From NCBI GenBank assembly GCA_039829955.1, contig CP140035.1, positions 18,935 through 82,934 of the forward strand: a stretch of DNA of 64,000 nt. The letters run 5' to 3'. Each line of letters begins with the position of its first letter. Position 1 is the stretch's first letter. Positions 11,550 through 23,795 of this stretch are shown here, in pieces. The notes below the pieces were generated by a model, which made no database searches, was not told the DNA's origin, and was given only the letters and a program-made list of their open reading frames with translations. A program made the position numbers and the translations under genes. This DNA is from Buchnera aphidicola (Nurudea shiraii) (GTDB lineage Bacteria; Pseudomonadota; Gammaproteobacteria; Enterobacterales; Enterobacteriaceae).

Positions 11550-11628
11550 TAATATGACTAAAAAGACGATGTTTGAAAACATCGTCTTTTTAGTCATATT
11601 ATTAATTATAATCGTTCCTAATAATTTT
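11523..11628. repeat. Perfect 52-bp-arm palindrome overlapping the metE 3' end
   Basis: Left arm 11523-11574 is the exact reverse complement of right arm 11577-11628 (52/52, checked base by base), with a 2-nt centre GA. The left arm includes the last 9 codons of metE (11523-11549). The right arm ends in a T run (11625-11630). Confidence 0.95.
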
Positions 11629-11712
11629 TTATATGTTTTGTTAAAGAGTTATAAAAAAATAGGTTTCTTTTATATTAAGAATTATGTTCTTATACTATAT
11701 TTATATTTACGT

Positions 11713-11850
11713 TTTATTAACATAAATAATTATTAATTTTGAGTCTAAACGTTTAATGATATTTTAAATATATGTTTAAGTATATTTTGTATTTTAATTT
11801 TAAATATAATGTTGTGTTAAATAAAAGATTTAATTATTTATGTTAATAAA
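11713..11850. repeat. 20-bp perfect inverted repeat flanking a 98-nt spacer
   Basis: TTTATTAACATAAATAATTA (11713-11732) is the exact reverse complement of 11831-11850. The right arm lies 10 nt beyond the yicC stop. Confidence 0.85.
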
Positions 11851-11859
11851 CATTAAATC

Positions 11860-12723
11860 TTATTCAATATTTTGACTTTGTTCTCTAATTTGTTCAATTA
11901 ATACTTTAATTTCTATTACTGATGAATGAATATCGAAATTTGAAGATTTGGAAGATAATGTATTAATTTCTCGATTTAGTTCTTGCATAATAAAATCTAA
12001 TTTTCTTCCGATAGGTTTATTGTTATCTAATATGGAAAAAGTTTTTAAAATATGCATATCTATTCTGTCTAATTCTTCTGAAATGTCAGTTTTTTGTATT
12101 ATAAAAAATAATTCTTGATTTAGTCTATTTTGATCAATATCAATTTTTAATTCTTCTATTTTTTCTAAAATTCTTTTTTTTTGATGGTGTTTTATTTTAG
12201 TAATATTACTTCTTATAATATTTATATTATGTTTTATAAAAAATAGTTTTTCTTCTATTAGTTTTTTAAGGTGATTACCTTCGTTTTTTCTAAAGTTTAA
12301 TAGTTTCTTAATGGTTTTTTGAAATAATTTTAAAATTTCAGAAGATATTTTATCTATATTGCTATTTTTTAAATTAATTACTCCTGGCCAATTCAATAAA
12401 TCGATAATGTTTATTATTCCATCGGGTGCTTTTAATTTTATATATTCGATATACTTCATTAGTTGTTTAATTAAAGTTATATTAATAGAGTGAGTAGAGA
12501 TAGTATATTTATTCATTTCAAATTGTAAACTACATTCTATTTTACCTCTATTTAAGTTAGATCTAATATATTGACGTAATAAAGGTTCTAATTCTCTAAA
12601 TTCTTCTGACAATCTAAAATTTGTTTCTAAATAACGATGATTAAAAGAACGAATTTCGAAAGTAGCACATCCCCATGTTTTACTAATTTTTCCTTTTGCA
12701 TATCCTGTCATACTATATGTCAC
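11860..12723 (-). CDS. yicC: YicC-family protein
   Basis: (V)TYSMTGYAKGKISKTWGCATFEIRSFNHRYLETNFRLSEEFRELEP matches E. coli YicC MIRSMTAYARREIKGEWGSATWEMRSVNQRYLETYFRLPEQFRSLEP. GTG start at 12723 with GGAG 7 nt upstream. Confidence 0.9.
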   Translation of the reverse strand: MTYSMTGYAKGKISKTWGCATFEIRSFNHRYLETNFRLSEEFRELEPLLRQYIRSNLNRGKIECSLQFEMNKYTISTHSINITLIKQLMKYIEYIKLKAPDGIINIIDLLNWPGVINLKNSNIDKISSEILKLFQKTIKKLLNFRKNEGNHLKKLIEEKLFFIKHNINIIRSNITKIKHHQKKRILEKIEELKIDIDQNRLNQELFFIIQKTDISEELDRIDMHILKTFSILDNNKPIGRKLDFIMQELNREINTLSSKSSNFDIHSSVIEIKVLIEQIREQSQNIE

Positions 12724-12792
12724 AGCTTAACTCCGTTAAAATTAGCATGAAAAATTTGGTTTTATATATTTTGCATATTAATGGTTTAACAT

Positions 12793-14358
12793 TTAATGTT
12801 TGAAATATCTAATTTGTGTAAAAATCATAGAAATATTATAGTTATTAACTTCTGAAATTATTTCTTGATCTCTAATTGACCCTCCTGGTTGAATTATGCA
12901 AGATACACCTTGTTTAGAAATTACGTTGATACTATCTTTAAACGGAAAAAAAGCATCTGATGCTACAACAGATTGTGTTAAATCTATTTTATTATGATTA
13001 GCTTTTATTGTAGCAATTTTTACAGCGTCTATTCTACTAGTTTGTCCTGCTCCAATACTAATTACCTTTAAATTTTTTACATATACTATAGCATTGGATT
13101 TTAAGTATTTTACAACTTTCAACGCAAATAGGGCATCTTTCATTTCCTGTATATTAGGTATTTTTTTGCTAACTATTTTCCATTTTTTTTCTTTTATATC
13201 ATTGTAAGAGTTTGTTTGTACTAAGAAGTGATTATTAAAAGACTTAATGTTTAGTACATTGTTATTAATATTTTGATTAAAATATTTTAATATTCGTATA
13301 TTGTTTTTTTTAGAAAGTATTTTTAAGGATGATTTAGTAATTTTTGGAGCTATAATTAATTCTGCAAATTGTTGATTTATTATTGTTTCTGCTATTTTTT
13401 CGTTAAGTCTTCTATTAAAAGCAATTATTCCTCCAAATGCTGAAATAGGATCTGATTTATATGCAGATAAATAAGCATGATAGCAATTTTTTGAAATAGC
13501 TACTCCACAAGGATTGTTGTGTTTAACTATAACACATGCTGGTTTTTTAAATTCTTGTACGCAAGACACAGCAACGTTAAAATCAGACACGTTATTATAA
13601 GAAAGAGTTTTTCCTTGAATTTGAACGAAATTGTGATTTTTAAATGAATTGACATATAATCCTGCTTTTTGATGTATATTTTCTCCATAAGCTAAATTTT
13701 GTTTTTTTTTAAGTGTGATGTTTAGATATTTTGGAAAATAATTATGTTTACTATGTTTGATTGCGTTTTGTAAACAAGAAAAATAATTAGCTATGTTGCA
13801 ATCATATTCTAAAATATATTGAAACGCGGAATAAGCTAATTTTAAGCGTGTTTTATATGAGATTTTATTTTTAAAATTTATTTCTTTAATAACATTATTG
13901 TAATCTTTGATTTGAGTTATAACAGCAATATGATGATAATTTTTTATAGCAGCACGAACTATAGTGGGTCCTCCAATATCAATTGATTCAATTATATCTT
14001 GATAATTTGAGTTTTTATTTTTTAATGTTTTCAAAAATGGATAAAAATTTACAATGATTAAGTCCATTTTAATTATTTTATAGTAATTTAACAGATCTTG
14101 ATCATGTGGTAGTCGTGCTAAAACACCAGAGTATATTTTATGGTGTAATGTCTTTACTCTTCCAGAAATAATTTCAGGAATTTTAGTGTATTCAGAAATA
14201 TCTGTAGATTTAATTCCAACATCTTGTAATATTTTTTTTGTTCCAGAAGTAGTAAACAAATTAATTTTTTTTTGCGTAAGTGCTTTAGAAAATTCTATAA
14301 TTCCGGTTTTATCAAATACGCTAATTAGTACATTTTTTATTGTTATATTTTTTTTCAT
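12793..14358 (-). CDS. purH: Bifunctional AICAR transformylase / IMP cyclohydrolase
   Basis: 521 aa, full-length PurH-like: N-terminal MGS-like domain (VLISVFDKTGIIEF) and C-terminal AICARFT domain (PCGVA..., QPGGSIRD). Confidence 0.94.
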   Translation of the reverse strand: MKKNITIKNVLISVFDKTGIIEFSKALTQKKINLFTTSGTKKILQDVGIKSTDISEYTKIPEIISGRVKTLHHKIYSGVLARLPHDQDLLNYYKIIKMDLIIVNFYPFLKTLKNKNSNYQDIIESIDIGGPTIVRAAIKNYHHIAVITQIKDYNNVIKEINFKNKISYKTRLKLAYSAFQYILEYDCNIANYFSCLQNAIKHSKHNYFPKYLNITLKKKQNLAYGENIHQKAGLYVNSFKNHNFVQIQGKTLSYNNVSDFNVAVSCVQEFKKPACVIVKHNNPCGVAISKNCYHAYLSAYKSDPISAFGGIIAFNRRLNEKIAETIINQQFAELIIAPKITKSSLKILSKKNNIRILKYFNQNINNNVLNIKSFNNHFLVQTNSYNDIKEKKWKIVSKKIPNIQEMKDALFALKVVKYLKSNAIVYVKNLKVISIGAGQTSRIDAVKIATIKANHNKIDLTQSVVASDAFFPFKDSINVISKQGVSCIIQPGGSIRDQEIISEVNNYNISMIFTQIRYFKH

Positions 14359-14786
14359 ATTTATGATTTTAAATTTAATTATATTGATATAATACTTTAA
14401 TTTTTAAATTTTTAATAAATAAAAAAATATATTAAAAATATAATATAACTATATAATAATTATTATTAATTAATTTTAATGTTTTAAAGATTGCTTGATT
14501 TTTGTGTTTAATGATATTTTTAAAATAAAATTATATTTATTTATGTTAAACTAACATAGGAAAACGTAATTAAAAAATTTATATTTTGATTATATTTAAA
14601 TGTCATTTTTTAAAGTTTATAGATATTATATAATTTTAAAATAGACATATTTTAGACTGACTTAAAATGTTTATATTCGACGATTTCAAAATAAAATATG
14701 TGATATCTTTTATATAAAAAGTATTAAGATAATATATAAAAATAAACATCTACAATGAAAGTAAACGTTTATTTTTTTATTATATT

Positions 14787-17700
14787 TTACAAAGTAGAAT
14801 TTAACAGTTCTGATAAATTGGCAGATGCTTCTTCTGCGCTAACAGAAGTTGATAGATCAAGGTTTGCTTTTTCTTTTTGACGTTGACGCAATCTTTTTTT
14901 ATGATAAGCGTACCCTGTTCCTGCTGGAATTAATCGTCCTACAATGACATTTTCTTTTAAGCCCCTTAATTCGTCTTTTTTCCCCGCTACAGCTGACTCA
15001 GTTAATACTCTTGTTGTTTCTTGAAAAGAAGCAGCAGATATAAACGATTCTGTTGCAAGAGAAGCTTTAGTAATTCCTAATAAATCTCTAGAAAATGTAG
15101 CTAAGGTTTTTTCTTCACAATTAAGAACTTTGTTAGCCATTACTAATCGAGAATATTCTACTTGCTCTCCATTTAGGAATTCTGAATTTCCAGATTGAAT
15201 AATAGTTGCTTTTCTTAACATTTGTCTTACTATTACTTCGATATGTTTGTCATTAATTTTAACTCCTTGAAGACGATATACCTCTTGTACTTCATTGACA
15301 ATGTATTTAGTTACAGCTTGAATACCTCTTAACCTTAATATATCGTGAGGAGACTCTGGTCCATCAGATATAACATCACCTTTTTCAATTCTTTCTCCTT
15401 CGAAAACGTTCAGTTGTCTCCATTTTGGAATCATTTCTTCGTAAGGTGGACTATTGTCGTAGGGTAGGATGATTAATCTTCGTTTTCCTTTGGTATCTTT
15501 TCCAAAAGAAACAAATCCACTTATTTCAGCTAAAATAGCCAGTTCTTTAGGTTTTCGTGCTTCAAATAAATCTGCTACTCTTGGTAATCCTCCGGTAATA
15601 TCTTTGGTTCCTCCTGATTCTTGGGGGATTCTTGCTAAAGTATCTCCAGATTGGATGTGCATATTATTATCGATTTGTATTATAGCTTTACTTGGTAAAA
15701 AGTATTGCGCTGGCATTTCAGTTCCAGGTATTAGTACATCTTTATTTTTAGAATCTACTATTTTTAATAATGGTCGCAAATCTTTTCCTATTGTGGTTCT
15801 TTCTGATGTATCGAGTATAACTATAGATGTTAAACCTGTTAATTCGTCAGTTTGTCGAGTAATACTTTGTCCATCTATCATGTCAACAAATTTAACAAAT
15901 CCGTTTACTTCAGAAATGACTGGAATAGTATGAGGATCCCATTTTGCTATTATTTCTCCTGATTTTACTTTTTCTCCATTTTTTTTAGCTAAAATAGCGC
16001 CGTAAGGTATTTTATAACTTTCTTTTGTTATATTAGTATGGTCTATAATTTTTAATTCAACATTACGTGAGGTAATTATTACTTTTCCTTCAGAGTTGGT
16101 TACAAATTTGGTATTATCAAGTTTTATAGTTCCAAACGTTTTAATTTGTATGTTGCATTCTGTTGCAGCTCTAGAAGCCGCTCCCCCGATATGAAAGGTT
16201 CTCATTGTAAGTTGTGTACCTGGTTCTCCGATAGATTGAGCAGCAATTACTCCAATCGCTTCTCCTTTTTCTACCATATGTCCTCTAGCTAAATCTCTTC
16301 CATAACAATAAGCACATACTCCAAAATTAGTTTCACAATTTACTACTGATCTCACTTTAATATTGTCTATAGCATTTTTTTCTAAGATATCACACCATTT
16401 TTCATTTAATAATGTGTTTCGAGGTATTAATATGTTTGAAGAAAAAGGTTTTAAAACATTATCTGTTGTTACACGACCTAAAACTTTTTCTCGTAATGGT
16501 TCTTTAACTTCACCTCCTTCTATTACAGCTGTCATAATAACACCTTCATGTGTATTGCAATTTTCTTCTGTGACTACTAAATCTTGAGCAACGTCAACTA
16601 AGCGACGGGTTAAATATCCAGAATTAGCTGTTTTTAAAGCGGTATCAGCTAATCCTTTTCTAGCTCCATGAGTAGAAATGAAATATTGTAGTACGTTTAG
16701 TCCTTCTCTAAAATTTGCTGTAATTGGAGTTTCAATAATAGATCCATCAGGTTTAGCCATTAAACCTCTCATTCCAGCTAATTGTCTTATTTGAGCTGCT
16801 GATCCTCTAGCTCCTGAATCTGCCATCATAAATATGCTGTTAAAAGATGGTTGTTTTATTATGTTCCCATGTTTATCATTAACATATTCTGCAGATAAAT
16901 TGTTCATCATAGCTTTTGATACTCTTTCATTAGCGTCTGCCCAAATGTCAATAACTTTATTATATCTTTCTCCTGAAGTAACGAATCCTGATTGGAATTG
17001 ATCTTGTATTTCTGCCACTTCCATTTCTGCTTCTGAAATGATATCTGTTTTTTTATTTGGAATGACCATATCATCGATACCTACTGATGCCCCAGATCGT
17101 GCAGCATACATAAATCCTGTGTACATAATTTGATCAGCAAAATGTACTGTTGGTTTTAGTCCTAGTATTCTGTAACACGTATTAAGCATCGTAGAAATAG
17201 ATTTTTTTCTTAATGTTTGATTAACTATAGAAAAAGGTAGTCCTTTTGGTACAATCATCCATAAAATAGATCTTCCTATAGTAGTATTTATTACTTTTTG
17301 TTTTTTTATAAATTTTTTATCATTTACAATAATATATTCTGAAATTTTTACTTTTACTTTAGCATGTAAATGTGCTAGTCCTAACCTGTATATTTTTTCA
17401 GCTTCTTTAGAGTTTTTTAATATCATTCCCTCTCCTTTAGCATTGATTTTTTCTCGAGTCATGTAATAAAGTCCTAATACAACATCTTGAGAGGGTACAA
17501 TAATTGGTTCTCCATTGGCAGGTGATAAAATGTTATTAGTAGACATCATTAGTGAACGTGCTTCTAATTGTGCTTCGATAGTTAATGGAACATGTACAGC
17601 CATTTGATCTCCATCAAAGTCCGCATTATATGCTGCACATACTAGTGGATGTAATTGTATGGCTTTTCCTTCAACTAAAATAGGTTCGAAAGCTTGAATT

Positions 17701-18998
17701 CCAAGTCTGTGTAAGGTGGGAGCTCGATTAAGTAACACAGGATGTTCGTGAATGACTTCGTCTAGGATATCCCATACGATAGATTCTTCGCGTTCTACCA
17801 TTTTTTTCGCTGATTTAATAGTGCTTGCTAATCCTTTTATTTCTAGTTTTCCGTAAATAAATGGTTTAAATAATTCTAGAGCCATTTTTTTAGGTAAACC
17901 ACATTGATGTAATTGTAAATATGGACCAACAGTAATTACTGATCTTCCTGAGTAATCTACTCTTTTTCCTAATAAATTTTGTCTAAATCTTCCTTGTTTT
18001 CCTTTAATCATGTCGCTTAAAGATTTAAGTGGACGTTTATTAGATCCTGTTATAGCTCGCCCTCTTCTTCCATTATCTAATAGTGCGTCTACAGCTTCTT
18101 GAAGCATTCTTTTTTCATTTCTAATAATGATATCTGGAGCTGATAATTCTAACAATCGCTTAAGACGATTATTTCTATTAATTACTCGACGATATAAATC
18201 ATTTAGGTCGGATGTGGCAAATCTTCCACCATCCAATGGAACTAGTGGTCTAAGATCTGGAGGTAAAATGGGTAATACAGTTAGAATCATCCATTCAGGC
18301 TTATTATGTGATTGTAAAAATGACTCTAATAGTTTAATACGTTTTGTTAATTTTTTACGTTTAGTTTCAGAATTGCTGTTATGTAGCTCTTGTTTTAAAA
18401 TATCACATTCTTGAACTAAATTAATATCGTTCAATAATAATTGTATTGCTTCAGCACCCATTTTAGCGTTAAATTCATCTCCAAATTCTTCTAAAGCATT
18501 TAAGTATTGTTCTTCAGTTAAGATTTGGCGTTTTTCAAGATTAGTCATTCCTTTATCAACAACTACATAAGATTCAAAATAAAGAACTCTTTCAATATCT
18601 CGTAATGGCATGTCTAATAGTAATCCAATTCTTGATGGAAGAGATTTTAAGAACCAAATATGTGCAATAGGTGATGCTAATTCAATATGCCCCATGCGTT
18701 CTCGACGTACTTTACTTTGTGTGACTTCTACTCCACATTTTTCACAAATTACTCCACGGTGTTTTAATCTTTTATATTTTCCGCATAAACATTCGTAATC
18801 TTTTACTGGTCCGAAAATCCGTGCGCAAAACAATCCATTTCTTTCCGGTTTAAATGTTCGATAGTTAATAGTTTCTGGTTTTTTAACCTCTCCAAATGAC
18901 CAAGATCGGATTATGTCCGGAGAAGCTAAAGCAATTTTTATTGCGTCAAATTCATCAGTTTTAATTTGTGATTTTAAAAATTTTAATAAATTTTTCAC
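14787..18998 (-). CDS. rpoC: DNA-directed RNA polymerase subunit beta'
   Basis: 1403 aa with the catalytic [12 protein letters not shown] motif and near-identity to E. coli RpoC over long stretches. Confidence 0.99.
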   Translation of the reverse strand: MKNLLKFLKSQIKTDEFDAIKIALASPDIIRSWSFGEVKKPETINYRTFKPERNGLFCARIFGPVKDYECLCGKYKRLKHRGVICEKCGVEVTQSKVRRERMGHIELASPIAHIWFLKSLPSRIGLLLDMPLRDIERVLYFESYVVVDKGMTNLEKRQILTEEQYLNALEEFGDEFNAKMGAEAIQLLLNDINLVQECDILKQELHNSNSETKRKKLTKRIKLLESFLQSHNKPEWMILTVLPILPPDLRPLVPLDGGRFATSDLNDLYRRVINRNNRLKRLLELSAPDIIIRNEKRMLQEAVDALLDNGRRGRAITGSNKRPLKSLSDMIKGKQGRFRQNLLGKRVDYSGRSVITVGPYLQLHQCGLPKKMALELFKPFIYGKLEIKGLASTIKSAKKMVEREESIVWDILDEVIHEHPVLLNRAPTLHRLGIQAFEPILVEGKAIQLHPLVCAAYNADFDGDQMAVHVPLTIEAQLEARSLMMSTNNILSPANGEPIIVPSQDVVLGLYYMTREKINAKGEGMILKNSKEAEKIYRLGLAHLHAKVKVKISEYIIVNDKKFIKKQKVINTTIGRSILWMIVPKGLPFSIVNQTLRKKSISTMLNTCYRILGLKPTVHFADQIMYTGFMYAARSGASVGIDDMVIPNKKTDIISEAEMEVAEIQDQFQSGFVTSGERYNKVIDIWADANERVSKAMMNNLSAEYVNDKHGNIIKQPSFNSIFMMADSGARGSAAQIRQLAGMRGLMAKPDGSIIETPITANFREGLNVLQYFISTHGARKGLADTALKTANSGYLTRRLVDVAQDLVVTEENCNTHEGVIMTAVIEGGEVKEPLREKVLGRVTTDNVLKPFSSNILIPRNTLLNEKWCDILEKNAIDNIKVRSVVNCETNFGVCAYCYGRDLARGHMVEKGEAIGVIAAQSIGEPGTQLTMRTFHIGGAASRAATECNIQIKTFGTIKLDNTKFVTNSEGKVIITSRNVELKIIDHTNITKESYKIPYGAILAKKNGEKVKSGEIIAKWDPHTIPVISEVNGFVKFVDMIDGQSITRQTDELTGLTSIVILDTSERTTIGKDLRPLLKIVDSKNKDVLIPGTEMPAQYFLPSKAIIQIDNNMHIQSGDTLARIPQESGGTKDITGGLPRVADLFEARKPKELAILAEISGFVSFGKDTKGKRRLIILPYDNSPPYEEMIPKWRQLNVFEGERIEKGDVISDGPESPHDILRLRGIQAVTKYIVNEVQEVYRLQGVKINDKHIEVIVRQMLRKATIIQSGNSEFLNGEQVEYSRLVMANKVLNCEEKTLATFSRDLLGITKASLATESFISAASFQETTRVLTESAVAGKKDELRGLKENVIVGRLIPAGTGYAYHKKRLRQRQKEKANLDLSTSVSAEEASANLSELLNSTL

Positions 18999-19079
18999 GA
19001 ATTAGTTCCTGTCGAAGTGAATATTTGAAATAAAAAAATTAATTGGTAAGAATTTTTTTAAAAATTAGGTATCAAAATT

Positions 19080-22000
19080 TTAATCATTTTCTAATTCGAT
19101 ATTAATGCCTAATGATCTTATTTCTTTTAGTAATACATTAAAAGATTCAGGCATTCCTGGCTCCATTTTATAGTTTCCATCCACTATATTTTTGTACATT
19201 TTTGTTCTTCCATTTACATCGTCAGATTTTACCGTTAACATTTCTTGTAAAGTATAAGCAGCTCCGTAAGCTTCTAACGCCCAAACTTCCATTTCTCCAA
19301 ATCTTTGTCCTCCAAATTGAGCTTTTCCACCTAAAGGTTGTTGAGTAACTAAGCTATAAGATCCAGTAGATCGTGCATGCATTTTATCGTCAACAAGATG
19401 ATTAAGTTTTAACATATACATATATCCTACAGTAACTGGTCTTTCGAACTTTTCACCAGTTCTTCCATCAAATAATGTTATTTGTCCAGAGGTAGGTAAA
19501 CTTGCTAGTTTTAATAGTTCTTTTATTTCTTTTTCTCTAGCTCCATCAAAAACAGGTGTTGCAAGTGGCATCCCATTTTTAAAATTTTTTGCTAAACGTA
19601 ATACTTCATCATCAGAAAATGTATTTAAGTTTATTTTTTGTTTAACTTTTTCTCCTAAATCAAAAGCTGTTTGAATAAAATTTCGAATAGATTCGATAGA
19701 ATTTTTATTTTTTAACATTGTATTAATTTTTTTTCCAATTCCTTTCGATGCTAATCCTAAATGAGTTTCTAAAATTTGCCCTATATTCATTCTAGATGGT
19801 ACTCCTAAAGGATTTAACACAATATCTACAGGTATTCCATGTTGATCGTATGGCATGTCTTCGATAGGATTGATTTTAGAAATTACTCCTTTATTTCCAT
19901 GGCGACCTGCCATTTTATCTCCCGGTTGAATATGTCTTTTTACTGCTAAGTAAACTTTTACGATTTTTAAGATCCCAGGAGTTAAGTCATCTCCTTGAGT
20001 AATTTTTTTATATTGAATTTCTAATTTTTTTTCAAATTCTTTTTTAAGATCACTATATTGTAAAGATAATTGTGTTAATTTTTTTTGATTTTTTTTATTG
20101 TTTACAGAAATATTTAACCATTCTGTTTTAGATAACTGATTTAAACTTTCTATCTTAATATTAGAGCATAATAAAATAGATTGAATTTGGTTAAATAAAC
20201 TTGATTCAAATGTTTTGAGTTCTTCTGTAAGATCTTTTTTAGCTTTTTGAAGTTGTATATCCTCAATTTTTAATGCTCTTTTATCTTTTTTTACTCCATC
20301 TCTAGTAAAAACTTGTATGTCAATTACTGTTCCAAACATTCCATTAGGAACTCTTAAAGAAGAGTCTTTTACATCTGATGCTTTTTCTCCAAATATAGCT
20401 CGTAGCAATTTTTCTTCGGGAGTTAGTTGTGTTTCTCCTTTAGGAGTAACTTTTCCTACTAAAATGTCTCCTCCTTTTACTTCTGCTCCAATATAAACAA
20501 TTCCTGATTCATCTAGTTTAGATAATGCAGATTCTCCTATGTTAGGTATATCAGATGTAATTTCTTCAGATCCTAATTTTGTATCTCGTGCAATACAAGC
20601 TAATTCTTGAATATGAATGGTAGTAAATCTATCTTCTCGAACAACTTGTTCCGATATTAAGATAGAATCTTCGAAATTATATCCATTCCAAGGCATAAAA
20701 GCTACGCGCATATTTTGCCCTAATGCTAATTCGCCTAAATCAGTAGACGGTCCATCTGCTAATACATCTCCTTTTTCTACTTTTTCTCCTAAAGATACAC
20801 ATGGTATTTGATTAATACATGTATTTTGATTAGATCTAGTATATTTAGTAAGATTATAAATATCAATTCCCGCTTCTCCAGATATCATTTCGTCTGAATT
20901 AATTTTAACAATTATTCTAGATGCGTCTATATATTGTACGACCCCTCCCCTTTTGGCTATTTCTGTTACTCCAGAGTCTACTGCTACAGTCCGTTCCATA
21001 CCAGTTCCTACCAAGGGTTTTTCTGATATTAACGTAGGAACAGCTTGTCGTTGCATGTTAGCACCCATCAATGCTCTATTTGCATCATCGTGTTCTAAAA
21101 ATGGAATTAAAGATGCACCTACAGAAACAATTTGTTGTGTAGAAATATCCATATAGTTAACTTGATTTGGATGAAAAAGACTAGATTCACCTTTATGCCG
21201 ACATGTTATTAAATCGTCAATTAAGCGTCCGTTTTTATCTAAGTTAGTGTTAGCCTGAGCAATAACAAAATTTCCTTCTTCTATGGCGGAAAGATACTCA
21301 ATTTTTTTAATTACAGATCCTTTATATACTTTTTGATAAGGGGTTTCTAAAAATCCGTATATATTTGTTCTTGCATATACAGATAAAGAGTTTATTAGAC
21401 CGATATTAGGTCCTTCTGGAGTTTCGATTGGACAAACTCTTCCATAGTGTGTAGGATGAACGTCTCGTACTTCAAATCCTGCTCGTTCTCTGGTTAATCC
21501 TCCTAAACCTAGTGCAGAAATGCGACGTTTATGTGTTATTTCTGATAATGGATTATTTTGATCCATAAATTGGGATAGTTGGCTAGATCCAAAAAATTCT
21601 TTTATTGCAGCAGAAATAGGCTTAGCATTAATCATATCTTGTGGAACTAATGTATCTAAATCGCTTAAAGATAACCTTTCTTTTACGGCTCTTTCAACTC
21701 GTATTAATCCTATTCTAAATTGATTTTCTGCCATTTCTCCTACTGATCTTATTCTTCTATTTCCTAAATGATCGATATCGTCAATATCTCCTTTTCCATT
21801 TCTGATATCAATTAACTTTTTAATAACATCAATAATATCTATCTTATTTAGTGTAGTTTTTCCTTGTATATTACTTCTTGATAAAGATCGGTTAAATTTC
21901 ATGCGTCCAACTGAAGAAAGATCATATTTTTCTTCTGAAAAAAATAGATTTTCAAATAAATTTTCTGTGGCATCACGTGTTGGAGGTTCTCCTGGACGCA

Positions 22001-23108
22001 TCATGCGATAAATTTCAATTAATGCACTGGAACGATCAGAGGTGGGATCAATTTTTAACGTTTCTGAAATATACGGTCCATGATCTAAATCATTAGTAAA
22101 TATTGTTATAATTTCAGAAAAATTATTTAATTTTAATTTTTTTATGACTTCGATATTTAGTTTAGTATTAGCTGGCAAAATAATTTCTTTTGTTTTTACA
22201 TCAAAATAATTTTTTGCTGATATTTTTCCTACGAGATATTCTTCAGGTACTTCAATAGAATTAATATTATTCTTTTTTAATAAATTGATATGTCTAGCAG
22301 TAATTCGTTGACCTTTTTTGACATACAATTTATCATTACAAAAAATATCAAAAGTTGCTGTTTCACCACGCAATCTTTCTGGAACAAGTTCCATTATGAT
22401 TTTTTTTGAAAATATTTTAAATGTATTTTTTTTGAAAAATATATTAAGAATTTCTTCTGTGTTAAGATTAAGCGCTTTTAAGATAATACTTGCAGGTAAT
22501 TTACGTCTCCTGTCAATTCGAATAAATAAATTGTCTTTAGGGTCGAATTCGAAATCTAACCATGATCCTCGATATGGAATAATTCGAGCATTATACAATA
22601 CTTTTCCGGATGAATGAGTTTTTCCTTTATCACTATCAAAAAATACTCCTGGGCTTCTGTGTAGTTGTGATACTACTACTCTTTCAGTACCATTAATTAT
22701 AAATGTTCCGTTTTTTGTCATTAATGGAATTTCTCCCATATATACTTCTTGTTCTTTAACAGTTTTTATTTTTTTCTCTACAGTTTCGCGTTCATAGATA
22801 ATTAAACGTAGTTTGACACGTAATGGAGCTGAATAAGTAGATCCTCGAATTTGACATTCTTTTACGTCGAAAGAAGAATTTCCTAAATAATATTCAATGT
22901 ATTGAAGTTCGGAATTTCCATTGTAACTTAAAATAGGAAATATTGATTGAAATGCGGCTTCTAATCCATATAAAGTGTTTGGATCTTTTTTTATAAATTT
23001 TTTAAATGAATCAATTTGAATAGAAAGAAGATATGGTACATCAAGTACTTTTGGGTGTTTTCCAAAATTTTTTCGAATTCGTTTTTTTTCAGTATAAGAG
23101 TAAACCAT
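19080..23108 (-). CDS. rpoB: DNA-directed RNA polymerase subunit beta
   Basis: 1342 aa (same length as E. coli RpoB), starts [17 protein letters not shown]. Confidence 0.99.
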   Translation of the reverse strand: MVYSYTEKKRIRKNFGKHPKVLDVPYLLSIQIDSFKKFIKKDPNTLYGLEAAFQSIFPILSYNGNSELQYIEYYLGNSSFDVKECQIRGSTYSAPLRVKLRLIIYERETVEKKIKTVKEQEVYMGEIPLMTKNGTFIINGTERVVVSQLHRSPGVFFDSDKGKTHSSGKVLYNARIIPYRGSWLDFEFDPKDNLFIRIDRRRKLPASIILKALNLNTEEILNIFFKKNTFKIFSKKIIMELVPERLRGETATFDIFCNDKLYVKKGQRITARHINLLKKNNINSIEVPEEYLVGKISAKNYFDVKTKEIILPANTKLNIEVIKKLKLNNFSEIITIFTNDLDHGPYISETLKIDPTSDRSSALIEIYRMMRPGEPPTRDATENLFENLFFSEEKYDLSSVGRMKFNRSLSRSNIQGKTTLNKIDIIDVIKKLIDIRNGKGDIDDIDHLGNRRIRSVGEMAENQFRIGLIRVERAVKERLSLSDLDTLVPQDMINAKPISAAIKEFFGSSQLSQFMDQNNPLSEITHKRRISALGLGGLTRERAGFEVRDVHPTHYGRVCPIETPEGPNIGLINSLSVYARTNIYGFLETPYQKVYKGSVIKKIEYLSAIEEGNFVIAQANTNLDKNGRLIDDLITCRHKGESSLFHPNQVNYMDISTQQIVSVGASLIPFLEHDDANRALMGANMQRQAVPTLISEKPLVGTGMERTVAVDSGVTEIAKRGGVVQYIDASRIIVKINSDEMISGEAGIDIYNLTKYTRSNQNTCINQIPCVSLGEKVEKGDVLADGPSTDLGELALGQNMRVAFMPWNGYNFEDSILISEQVVREDRFTTIHIQELACIARDTKLGSEEITSDIPNIGESALSKLDESGIVYIGAEVKGGDILVGKVTPKGETQLTPEEKLLRAIFGEKASDVKDSSLRVPNGMFGTVIDIQVFTRDGVKKDKRALKIEDIQLQKAKKDLTEELKTFESSLFNQIQSILLCSNIKIESLNQLSKTEWLNISVNNKKNQKKLTQLSLQYSDLKKEFEKKLEIQYKKITQGDDLTPGILKIVKVYLAVKRHIQPGDKMAGRHGNKGVISKINPIEDMPYDQHGIPVDIVLNPLGVPSRMNIGQILETHLGLASKGIGKKINTMLKNKNSIESIRNFIQTAFDLGEKVKQKINLNTFSDDEVLRLAKNFKNGMPLATPVFDGAREKEIKELLKLASLPTSGQITLFDGRTGEKFERPVTVGYMYMLKLNHLVDDKMHARSTGSYSLVTQQPLGGKAQFGGQRFGEMEVWALEAYGAAYTLQEMLTVKSDDVNGRTKMYKNIVDGNYKMEPGMPESFNVLLKEIRSLGINIELEND

Positions 23109-23304
23109 AGGGTTCCTCGATTAGTCAGTCAATTTAAGTATTATCTATTTATTAAAATAATTTTAGTAACTTGTTTATTTTTTTCAAATGTGTTTTGAAC
23201 TAAACGTTTTTTACAAAATAAAGAATAATATAAGAATTGTATGACTAAACATTTTTATTGAGAACGTTAAATATAAAATGTTTCAAAACAATTGAATAGA
23301 AAGG

Positions 23305-23327
23305 GCTGGTGATTACTAATCACCAGC
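23305..23327 (-). terminator. rplL-rpoB intergenic hairpin (attenuator-like)
   Basis: 11-bp GC-containing stem GCTGGTGATTA / TAATCACCAGC in an otherwise AT-rich 258-nt spacer. On the transcribed (-) strand it is followed by CCTTTCTATTCAATTGTTTTG. E. coli has a partial terminator at this position. Confidence 0.5.
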
Positions 23328-23366
23328 TATTAAAAAATATAATCTTAATTTTTATAATGTAAAATT

Positions 23367-23735
23367 TTATTTAATTTCTGATTCAGCACCAGTTTCATCT
23401 AATATTTTTTTAAGAGATTCAGCTTCTGTTTTAGTAATATGTTCTTTTATTGTAGTAGGAGCTGATTCAACTAAATCTTTCGCTTCTTTTAGTCCTAATC
23501 CGGTAGCACTTCGTACTGCTTTTATTACTGATACTTTATTTCCGCCAATAGATTTTAGTATTACATCGAATTCTGTTTTTTCTTCTGATGGTTCTGAAGT
23601 AGTAGGAGATTTAGAATTTGTTAATGTTTCTATTGATATTCCAAATTTTTTTTCCATATCAGAAATTAAATCAATAACATTTTTTACTGGCATTTCTGAT
23701 ATAGCTTCCAAAATCTGTTCTTTAGTTATAGACAT
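23367..23735 (-). CDS. rplL: 50S ribosomal protein L7/L12
   Basis: 122 aa, [15 protein letters not shown]..., C-terminal domain [27 protein letters not shown]. Confidence 0.98.
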   Translation of the reverse strand: MSITKEQILEAISEMPVKNVIDLISDMEKKFGISIETLTNSKSPTTSEPSEEKTEFDVILKSIGGNKVSVIKAVRSATGLGLKEAKDLVESAPTTIKEHITKTEAESLKKILDETGAESEIK

Positions 23736-23795
23736 AATATTTGTCCTTCATAATATCTAAAAAAACAATTTTTAGTATTATTTACAAAATATAAA

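Noticed and set aside
11554-11736. 60-aa ORF (MTKKTMFENIVFLV...) just after metE
   Set aside because: It is generated by the 52-bp palindrome (its first 25 codons are the mirror image of the metE 3' region). It has no SD and only hydrophobic low-complexity sequence.
14359-14786. 428-nt purH-rpoC spacer and other long spacers (50817-51158, 61769-62041) as candidates for hidden genes or sRNAs
   Set aside because: They contain no ORF of 60 or more codons, no small ribosomal-protein-like ORF I could recognise (only rpmG was found this way), and no GC-rich structured segments apart from the hairpins already listed. The 8-bp AT stem after rpoC (around 14745-14785) is too weak to call.
15469-22617. 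Plus-strand ORFs inside rpoC and rpoB (15469-15933, 16363-16587, 18127-18414, 18610-18798, 20617-20811, 20953-21156, 22318-22617)
   Set aside because: These are shadow ORFs antisense to highly conserved genes, with no homology and no start context.
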